24,075 nt of DNA from a virus. Its lineage: Duplodnaviria > Caudoviricetes. A model generated the notes under the pieces. The model saw only the letters and a list, made by a program, of their open reading frames with translations. It made no database searches and was not told the DNA's origin. The stretch spans positions 1 through 24,075 of IMG/VR virus record IMGVR_UViG_3300021560_000064. The stretch is one strand, 5' to 3'. Each line of letters begins with the position of its first letter. The stretch's first letter is position 1. A program made the position numbers and the translations under genes. Positions 15,859 to 22,527 of the stretch are shown here, piece after piece.

Positions 15859-16395
15859 TTAAGCCGCGGTCCGCGTCGCGCGCGCTAAGCGAGCGACCGA
15901 TTGACTGGCAAGGTTGAGATAAATGGCGCGGCCATTCTCGGAAAGCCTCGCGTAAGACAGATCGCGAGCCTTGAAGCGCATCCGGTCAAGCCGGCCGAAT
16001 ATGCGATATTCGGTGGAATTCTGGCCACCGTGATAATGTGACGCGAACAAGTAGTAAGCCTCACAAATATCGAAGCGCTCGAAATAGGGCTCGCGTTCGT
16101 AGTCCAGATCGTAGTACTCGAGCCATTCGTTCACACATGGTCCCAGTTCACCTCGCGCTAAATCCTTGACCAGCGTATCGATCACATATTCGCGGCCGTC
16201 GTCCGTGAGGGGATTCTCCAAGAAAACCTGACAATCGGCGCAATGTTGCGGATAGTCGCTTTCCCCACTAGAAGAATCGAATTGCGGATAATCGTCAGAA
16301 TCGCCACTATCGATGACGCGGTTAGCGTCTAGCTCAGTAATGAGCTTTTCCGCACAATCATCACAGTAAATATCGGCTGAGTAAGCGTAAGCCAT
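15859..16395 (-). CDS. Acidic hypothetical protein with two CxxC motifs
   Basis: 'YCDDC', 'HCADC'; motif RBS at 16399-16410. Confidence 0.75.
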   Translation of the reverse strand: MAYAYSADIYCDDCAEKLITELDANRVIDSGDSDDYPQFDSSSGESDYPQHCADCQVFLENPLTDDGREYVIDTLVKDLARGELGPCVNEWLEYYDLDYEREPYFERFDICEAYYLFASHYHGGQNSTEYRIFGRLDRMRFKARDLSYARLSENGRAIYLNLASQSVARLARATRTAA

Positions 16396-16416
16396 TAGTT
16401 TACCTCGTTGTAAGGG

Positions 16417-16548
16417 TTAAAGATTGCTGCAAGCAATCGCGAATAGGACGCCCATAACGCAAGTAGCGAAAAGCATACCGACCAACACGGTTGCTTCGAT
16501 CGCGTTAGTCCGCTCGTGAAATTCCAGCCAGCGTTGAATTTTGTGCAT
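16417..16548 (-). CDS. 43-aa single-TM peptide (not in ORF track)
   Basis: MHKIQRWLEFHERTNAIEATVLVGMLFATCVMGVLFAIACSNL; motif RBS at 16556-16567. Confidence 0.55.
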   Translation of the reverse strand: MHKIQRWLEFHERTNAIEATVLVGMLFATCVMGVLFAIACSNL

Positions 16549-16568
16549 TAGGTTAATCACCTCGTTGA

Positions 16569-16832
16569 TTACGGTTTGTCCTGATAGGTTTCGTACGGGC
16601 TCACTACTAGCTCGGAGATACTAAACTGGATCGTCGCCTGTACGTGACGCCGAATTAGTAAATTGTCACACGCCCGATCGTCGAGGTAATTGTCACAACG
16701 AAAATCAATCCTCACGATCGCTTGACCATTGTCGGTATAATCCGTTACCTCACTCGTGCAATTGGGTTGATTCGTATAGTGGCCGCACTCCCCACAATAC
16801 AAACTGTTAAGAAACGACTGCTCGCTAATCAT
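16569..16832 (-). CDS. Cys-rich hypothetical protein
   Basis: 'CGECGH'; motif RBS at 16835-16846. Confidence 0.7.
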   Translation of the reverse strand: MISEQSFLNSLYCGECGHYTNQPNCTSEVTDYTDNGQAIVRIDFRCDNYLDDRACDNLLIRRHVQATIQFSISELVVSPYETYQDKP

Positions 16833-16864
16833 CGGTCACCTCGTTGAGTTTTGTCGGAGCCAGA

Positions 16865-16893
16865 AGTATCTCATAAGAACGAGGAGGATGCAA
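16865..16893 (-). promoter_or_regulatory. Promoter TTGCAT-N17-GATACT (extended TG) heading the leftward accessory region
   Basis: 17-nt spacer; lies just upstream of the first leftward accessory ORF. Confidence 0.6.
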
Positions 16894-17469
16894 GCTTGAC
16901 TTTTGGACAATAAGATGATTGCGCAAAGAAATGCAGGTTGATTTTGATGACGCTAGATACAGATTTAAGTGGGATATCCGCTGCTACGCTTTGACTAATG
17001 CTTTCATTCGCTGGAGTTCTGCTCACTCGATAGTACAACCTTGGCTCAGTACGTCACTTGATTTCATGTACTCTCTAGACTCTGTACTAACAGAGTCTCT
17101 AGACTCTGGTAGTACAGCCAGCGGAGATACCTTAGGGGGCTCCCCCCTCGCAGGTACTACAGCGGCCAGTCCGCCGTTGCGTACTTTCTCTGAGGTACGA
17201 GCTAGGGAAGTGCGGAGGCATGGGAAAGCGACCGGGAGGTCGCTTGCAGGGCGGTTGGGGCGGGAGTTGGGGCGGCATCGGGAGGTGCATAGGTGGCGGG
17301 GTATAGCCCCGATGCGGAGGGAACCCAGTTCCCTCCTAGACGGAGAAAAATAGCCCGAAAAACCTAAGGAATTTCTACGAAGTGAACCCACTTCCCCTAT
17401 TGAGTGAACTGAGGTGCCACAGATCCTAGGATCTCTTTGATCATACAGAGTCTTAGTCTTAAGAGTGGG

Positions 17470-17517
17470 AACCCACTTCCCTAGTCACTTCTCCCGTTAC
17501 TTCTCCTGTCACTTCCC
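17470..17517 (-). repeat. Four 12-bp iteron-like direct repeats (GRGAAGTR..), candidate replication origin
   Basis: GGGAAGTGACAG, GAGAAGTAACGG, GAGAAGTGACTA and GGGAAGTGGGTT in tandem at the 3' end of the rep-like gene. Related GAACCCASTTCCC copies lie near 17321 and 17384. Confidence 0.6.
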
Positions 17518-17843
17518 TCCACGAGGGAAGTAGGTTCACTCCGGCAGAAGAGGCAGTCGAGGCGGGTGGCGAGTTGGAGGTGGTAGCGGTTGGGGAGGCG
17601 GGAGAAGCGGGGCGGGTGTTCGATTTTGAGTAGGCTTTTGCGTTCGAGGGACTTACCGGCGTCGGTAATCGCCTTGGTGGAGACTCCGGCCATCTTGGCG
17701 ATACGGTTCCGGAAGGGCCAGCAGACGTGGGCCTCGTTATCGGCGAGGAAGTAACTGAAGACGACCAGTAAGTCTTTCTCGACCCGGCTCAATTCCCCCC
17801 GCTCTGCCATCTCCAACGCTTCACGGAATACACTGAAATTCAT
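17481..17843 (-). CDS. Replication-initiator-like N-terminal winged-HTH protein (short)
   Basis: 'LSRVEKDLLVVF...CWPFRNRIAKMAGVSTKAITDAGKSLERKSLLKIE...NRYHL'. Start 17843 follows a TTGCCA-N17-CATACT promoter. Confidence 0.7.
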   Translation of the reverse strand: MNFSVFREALEMAERGELSRVEKDLLVVFSYFLADNEAHVCWPFRNRIAKMAGVSTKAITDAGKSLERKSLLKIEHPPRFSRLPNRYHLQLATRLDCLFCRSEPTSLVEGSDRRSNGRSD

Positions 17844-17851
17844 GTCTTGAC

Positions 17852-17901
17852 AGTATGGCGCGATTGTGATGGTATGGCAAGATGAATTGTGATGGTATTG
17901 T
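17852..17901. promoter_or_regulatory. Divergent promoter region with direct repeat ATTGTGATGGTAT x2
   Basis: Repeats at ~17863 and ~17886 overlap the leftward promoter (17852-17880), between the rep-like and RHH genes. Confidence 0.5.
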
Positions 17902-17904
17902 AAC

Positions 17905-18096
17905 ATGATTAGAACTAGGGTCGGCAAGGTGGCGTTGACTTTATGGATTCCGCCGGACCTCCGGCGGCGGGCCAAGATGTGTGCGCTGCAGCAGGATGCG
18001 ACCCTGAATGATTTCGTCGTGGCCGCCATCCAGGCCCGCCTGGCTGAAGCTGATTTTACCCCAGCCGAAAGGGAGCAACTGAATGCCGAACTTTGA
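17905..18096 (+). CDS. Ribbon-helix-helix DNA-binding protein
   Basis: 'KVALTLWIPPDLRRRAKMCALQQDATLNDFVVAAIQARL'. Confidence 0.75.
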   Translation: MIRTRVGKVALTLWIPPDLRRRAKMCALQQDATLNDFVVAAIQARLAEADFTPAEREQLNAEL

Positions 18097-18346
18097 ACCC
18101 CGCCCCGATACCGGGTCCCTCTTCGTCAACGACCGCAAGACCACCGAGAACCACCCCGACCGTACCGGCACCGCCGAAATCCAGTGCCCCCACTGTACCG
18201 CCCTGGCCTCCTTCCGGGTGAGCGGCTGGCTCAAAACCTCCAAGGCCGGCATCAAGTTCATGTCCCTGTCCTTCCGCCCCAAAGAAGCCCGCCCCGCCCG
18301 CAACGGCGACCTCAACTTCAATCAGTCGGACGATCCCGACTGGTAA
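18083..18346 (+). CDS. Small ssDNA-binding-like protein (DUF736-like)
   Basis: 'GSLFVNDRK...HPDRTG...VSGWLKTSKAGIKFMSLSF' with acidic aromatic tail DDPDW; GGGAG RBS. Confidence 0.7.
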   Translation: MPNFEPRPDTGSLFVNDRKTTENHPDRTGTAEIQCPHCTALASFRVSGWLKTSKAGIKFMSLSFRPKEARPARNGDLNFNQSDDPDW

Positions 18347-18567
18347 CCGGCACGTACTCCAACAGCTTCCGCAACAAATGGTTCTCGCAATACCACCCCA
18401 ACCCCACCGCCGGCACCCGGCACCCCTTCGCCGTGCACAGCTCCTTCGGCTTCGGCCCGCGATAGTGCTCCTTGACCGCCGTCAAAAATGGGTCCATTCC
18501 ATAACGATGCCGCGCCCGCATCCGCTGCGTGTTGTTGCGCCGATACTGATGCCCCGCACCGTGCTTC

Positions 18568-18870
18568 ATGCCTAAAACCCCCCAACTCAAACTCTCCTGG
18601 TCTCCCAGCTTCCAGTCCGAGGCTCGGCAAATCTTCGCCCGCCTCCGCGGTTACACCATCCCTCACAGTAAACTCGCCGAGGCCCGCCACCTCGTCCACC
18701 ACTGGCTCTGCCCCGTCTACTCCGAAGCCGAAGCCCTCGAACGCCTCCTCACCCTCGAGTGCGACCTCTACATGCTCGGCGCCCAACCCGCTCCCCAACT
18801 CGCCGACGCCGTCACCGCCGTCCGCGACCTCTTCCCCCACGCCGCCCTCGTCGCCTATGGCCAACCCTAA
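18568..18870 (+). CDS. Hypothetical protein
   Basis: Third-position-C codon pattern; overlaps the next gene start. Confidence 0.6.
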   Translation: MPKTPQLKLSWSPSFQSEARQIFARLRGYTIPHSKLAEARHLVHHWLCPVYSEAEALERLLTLECDLYMLGAQPAPQLADAVTAVRDLFPHAALVAYGQP

Positions 18871-19294
18871 AGACCCACCCGACCCCCTCTTCGCCTGGGC
18901 GCTCCGCAACGCCCTCGCCCGTAACTCCGACCCCGCGTCCTCCCACCTCGCCGCCGCCGACCTCCGTCAGTCCGGCCGCCACCTCCAACAAAAACGCTGG
19001 ACCCTCGCCCTCCTCACCGCCCACAACGGCGCCACCTGCCGCCAGCTCGCCACCATCGCCGCCGGCACCGCCGACATGGCCGGTAACTCCCTCGCCATGC
19101 ACACCCTCGGCCGCCGCCTCCCCGACCTCGAAAAGGCCGGCCTCGTCGTCAAAGGCCCCCTCAGCCACGCCGGCCCCCGCCCCGCCGTGACCTGGTGGCT
19201 CCGCGGCACCGCCCCCCTACCCGCCGCGGCTGCCCCGACCACCCCGCTCGACGGAAATAGTAAAATCTCTGCTGAAGATGACGACTGGTTCTAA
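18857..19294 (+). CDS. Phage winged-HTH protein
   Basis: 'ARNSDPASSHLAA...GATCRQLA...LGRRLPDLEKAGLV'. The true start is probably ATG 18857. Confidence 0.7.
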   Translation: MANPKDPPDPLFAWALRNALARNSDPASSHLAAADLRQSGRHLQQKRWTLALLTAHNGATCRQLATIAAGTADMAGNSLAMHTLGRRLPDLEKAGLVVKGPLSHAGPRPAVTWWLRGTAPLPAAAAPTTPLDGNSKISAEDDDWF

Positions 19295-19540
19295 TGCGGC
19301 GTCAACAGCTCGCCGATGGTGCCCACCACGCCCAAGGCCAACACCAACAGGTTCCCCCCTAAATGGTGCTGTAACAGGTATACCCACCAGTCATGCATGG
19401 CTGCTCACCACCCAATCTCGTCGCGGTCGAAGTTTTTCCTGCGCTGCCGCCGCTTCCGCCACTCCGCCACCAACCACCCCACCACCACGGCTAGCGCGAC
19501 GACTATCCAGAAATCGTTCATCGCCGCCCCCCGTTAAGAC

Positions 19541-20227
19541 TTACGCGCTGAGCGTGACCCCCTCCGGGTCCAGCGCCCGCGCCAGCGCCGCCCCCTCGCG
19601 GTAAGCCTTGCCCAAAATCTGCCGCACCCGCTCGCGCGTCAGGCCAAACTCCTGCCCAATCCGCGCCAGCGTCCAGCCCTCTAACCGCAACGCCAACATC
19701 GTGGCCGCCCGCCCGTTGTACGGCACCGCCTGCGCCATCCACCCCCGCGACGCCGCCTTCCGCTCGTTCAGGTGATCCACCAGCGCGTACAACGTGCGCC
19801 GCGCCTGCCTCGCCCGTAAAAAATCCACCTGCCCCGGACACACCGCCCGATAACTCTGCGACGTGCGCGCCGCATTGACGAAGTACGGGTCGCGCACCCG
19901 CCCGCACTCGTACAGCAAGCCGCGGCTGACCAAATACGGCAGCCGCCCCTGCAACCAGTGGTTCATGCGCGCCCACGTGTAGGTGTCAATCTCCGGCCAG
20001 TCCGGGTGCAGCAGCTTGGCGATCTCGCTGCGCGTCAGCGCCACCGGCTCGTGAATCCACACCGTCTGGTAAATTTGCCGCAGCTCGCCGGTCAGCTCCC
20101 GCCGCCAGGGCGACGCCACCTTAACCTGAAATTCACGAATCCCGGCCTGCAGCCGTCGCGCGTATTCGGCATCGTTCATGAACTGCCCGGGCCGCAGGGT
20201 CTCCGTCTCTTGCTCCAAGATTTTCAT
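19541..20227 (-). CDS. Transcriptional regulator with C-terminal sigma70 region-4-like HTH
   Basis: 'LRLEGWTLARIGQEFGLTRERVRQIL'; preceded by TTGACT-N17-GAAACT (20237-20265). Confidence 0.75.
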   Translation of the reverse strand: MKILEQETETLRPGQFMNDAEYARRLQAGIREFQVKVASPWRRELTGELRQIYQTVWIHEPVALTRSEIAKLLHPDWPEIDTYTWARMNHWLQGRLPYLVSRGLLYECGRVRDPYFVNAARTSQSYRAVCPGQVDFLRARQARRTLYALVDHLNERKAASRGWMAQAVPYNGRAATMLALRLEGWTLARIGQEFGLTRERVRQILGKAYREGAALARALDPEGVTLSA

Positions 20228-20524
20228 ACTGTTAATAGTTTCACCATAAGTATTGCTTAAGTCAAGTTGTGTGGTATGCTGGCCCCTGTCCCACCGCTAT
20301 CCGTGGTGCCCCGCACACCACCGCGGGTGCGGTGTTGCGATGGGGCTCGTCGGGCATGATGTGCCGGGAGATCCGGCGCTGGGCACCCTCCACCGCCCGC
20401 GAAACAAACTGGCGAGCCTGCTACGGTTACCGCGCATTCGCCGGGCATGGTACGCGGGGAGAGCCCGCGGCGATCCGTGTCACCGGAGTTGGAAACACCC
20501 GGCGGATGCTCTACAAAGGCCCTC

Positions 20525-21088
20525 ATGGCTGACGACGACCGGCCCGATATTTATAAAGACGAGGACGAGGTCCTCGACCCCGCCTGGCAGCCCCGCGCGA
20601 TTAACGAAAAGCTCACCCCGCGCCGCTACGCCCCCGACCGCTTTACCCAGACCGACCAGGAACGCGCGCCCGTCCGCGCCGTCCGCATCAAGGGCGACCA
20701 ACTCCGCGCGGTCATGCGGCGCGGCGACCCGCTCGACTGGTCCGACATCTACGAGCGCTACGTGGACCTCTGGCAGGAAGCCCGCCTGGTGATTTGGCGG
20801 GCCAAGCGCGCCAAGGCCGGCCGGCAGGTCTTCGACCCCGTCAAAAAGAAAATGGTGCAGGGCTTCATCCCCGACGACCGCCTGGTGCTTTCCGCCCTCG
20901 ACTCGACTCGCGCCATCCTCGACTCGCTCATCCGGGTGCGCCGCGAGGCCGGCCACGAGGCGTCTGGCATTCCGCGCTGGGCCATCGAACGGATTGAACT
21001 AGCTCTACGCCAATATCCGGATGCGCTGAATCACTTGTTGCGGGAGTTGGCGGAGGAGAACCGCAGACAGCCCATCGAGGTGAAGTAG
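20525..21088 (+). CDS. Hypothetical protein (first gene of rightward late unit; terminase small subunit possible)
   Basis: Clean ORF from ATG 20525. The function is suggested only by position upstream of terL. Confidence 0.6.
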   Translation: MADDDRPDIYKDEDEVLDPAWQPRAINEKLTPRRYAPDRFTQTDQERAPVRAVRIKGDQLRAVMRRGDPLDWSDIYERYVDLWQEARLVIWRAKRAKAGRQVFDPVKKKMVQGFIPDDRLVLSALDSTRAILDSLIRVRREAGHEASGIPRWAIERIELALRQYPDALNHLLRELAEENRRQPIEVK

Positions 21089-21165
21089 CTGCGCACACCG
21101 CGCCCCACGCGCGCCCCAAGCCGTTACAGGGGGCCGGCGGGGTCAGACACCACAGAATACACATT

Positions 21166-21654
21166 ATGAGTGGGGTTACTTTCATGGCCATCAAAATGCC
21201 CAAAGAGCAGTGGGGTGTGGGACCCTGGCAGGGCGAGCCCGATCGTCTCGAATGGCGGCGGCACGGTCTCCCGTGTTTGATCGTGCGGGGCGCGCACGGC
21301 GCCCTCTGCGGGTACGTCGCAGTCCCGCCCGGTCATCCCTTGCACGGTCTGAGTTATCACGCGCCGACCTGTCCGGACTTCGCGGTGCACGGCGGGCTGA
21401 CTTATGCGGGGGGCTGCGACGAGCACATCTGTCACGTGCCGCGGCCGGGTGAGCCGGACAACGTTTGGTGGTTTGGGTTTGACTGCGCGCACTGCGACGA
21501 CTTCTGTCCGCGGATTGCCGCGACCCTGGACGCGATCGACTCGGTGATGCCCTTCCACGACGCCGACGCGATTTATCGCGATGTGGCGTACGTGGCGGCC
21601 GAGGTCAACGGTTTGGCCGACCAGTTGCAGCAGTGGGGCACGGGCCACGCCTGA
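21166..21654 (+). CDS. Conserved phage hypothetical protein (CGYV / HGGLT / GFDCAH motifs)
   Basis: 'GPWQGEPD', 'LCGYVAVPPGHPLHG', 'VHGGLTY' and 'WWFGFDCAH'. Confidence 0.75.
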   Translation: MSGVTFMAIKMPKEQWGVGPWQGEPDRLEWRRHGLPCLIVRGAHGALCGYVAVPPGHPLHGLSYHAPTCPDFAVHGGLTYAGGCDEHICHVPRPGEPDNVWWFGFDCAHCDDFCPRIAATLDAIDSVMPFHDADAIYRDVAYVAAEVNGLADQLQQWGTGHA

Positions 21655-21752
21655 TGCACCTGGTTATCTGGAGCATCGTGATCCCCGCCGCGATCGGTGG
21701 GGTCGTTAGTTGGTGCATGACCAGACTCTTCCTGCGCTGGTGGATTAAGTGA
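21654..21752 (+). CDS. 32-aa hydrophobic peptide (not in ORF track)
   Basis: TGATG coupling; MHLVIWSIVIPAAIGGVVSWCMTRLFLRWWIK. Confidence 0.45.
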   Translation: MHLVIWSIVIPAAIGGVVSWCMTRLFLRWWIK

Positions 21753-21756
21753 AGCT

Positions 21757-22089
21757 ATGAAAGATGAAATCGACGAAAATATGCAGCGCTGGAAAGAAGG
21801 CCGTCCCTTCACCCACGCGGAGAAGGTGCAGCCGCCGGGCCTCAGCCTGACGCTCGGGGAGATCGCTGAGCTGGTCTCTATTCTCGCGGAGACCGAAACC
21901 TACGATGCGCACAAGCTGCACGAGAAGTTTCGCCAGGCGATGGTGGCGGTGGCGCATGGCAACATCGAGGCGCTCGGCATCATGGTGATTGGCAACCTGC
22001 ACCCCACCGAACAGAGTCGCGCCGACCGTTTCAAGGAACTGCTGCTGGCCGAGCGCAAGCTCAAGCAGATCCAGGAGATTTTGCAGTGA
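21757..22089 (+). CDS. Hypothetical protein
   Basis: Co-oriented ORF with typical codon usage. Confidence 0.65.
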   Translation: MKDEIDENMQRWKEGRPFTHAEKVQPPGLSLTLGEIAELVSILAETETYDAHKLHEKFRQAMVAVAHGNIEALGIMVIGNLHPTEQSRADRFKELLLAERKLKQIQEILQ

Positions 22090-22093
22090 GCAT

Positions 22094-22249
22094 CGCCGGG
22101 GCGCGGCACGTCGGTGACCTTGAGAAGCGGGGCTGCCACGCGTGCGTGCGCATACTCGACCCGCTGTCGCACCGGCTGGGAGGTAACGCCAGTACGTCGC
22201 CCATGTGCAGGGAGTTTACAGCGGCGGATCGCGTCCGTTAGCCCCGGCG
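22094..22249 (+). ncRNA. Putative structured intergenic RNA
   Basis: Closing stem CGCCGGGGC/GCCCCGGCG; nested CCGCTGT/ACAGCGG, GCAC/GTGC and CTGG/CCAG; CGGA/TCCG hairpin. Confidence 0.45.
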
Positions 22250-22329
22250 CGTTAAAATTAACCAAGCGGTAGCGAGCGATAGTCAGGTGCTGCTAGTGGG
22301 TGCTATCGAATAGATGATAAAGAGCCACC

Positions 22330-22527
22330 GTGTGGTGGCTTATTATTGCGGGGACGCTTCTGGTATCGACGATTTTGTATTTGTTATTGGTCGGTTGGGA
22401 GGGGACGTGGAAGTCGGAATATCACGCCCATCGGCGGCGGGCTGATGTCGCGGCCGCCAAGCGGGTTCGAGGATTTAATCGGCGCGCTCCAACGGTCGAG
22501 CGCCTGCGCCGATCATCCGTCGATTAA
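22330..22527 (+). CDS. Small membrane protein
   Basis: N-terminal TM 'WWLIIAGTLLVSTILYLLLVGW'. Confidence 0.45.
   Translation: MWWLIIAGTLLVSTILYLLLVGWEGTWKSEYHAHRRRADVAAAKRVRGFNRRAPTVERLRRSSVD

Noticed and set aside
14059-15870. Recurrent GGCCGCGG/CGGCCG words
   Set aside because: Irregularly spaced, mostly inside ORFs and plausible from GC content. They cannot be supported as a functional repeat without counts.
18322-19190. Pro/Ser-rich and Gly/Glu-rich long ORFs (18488 N-extension, 18759, 18322, 18812)
   Set aside because: Alternative frames of C-rich genes. The better frames are 18568-18870 and 18857-19294.
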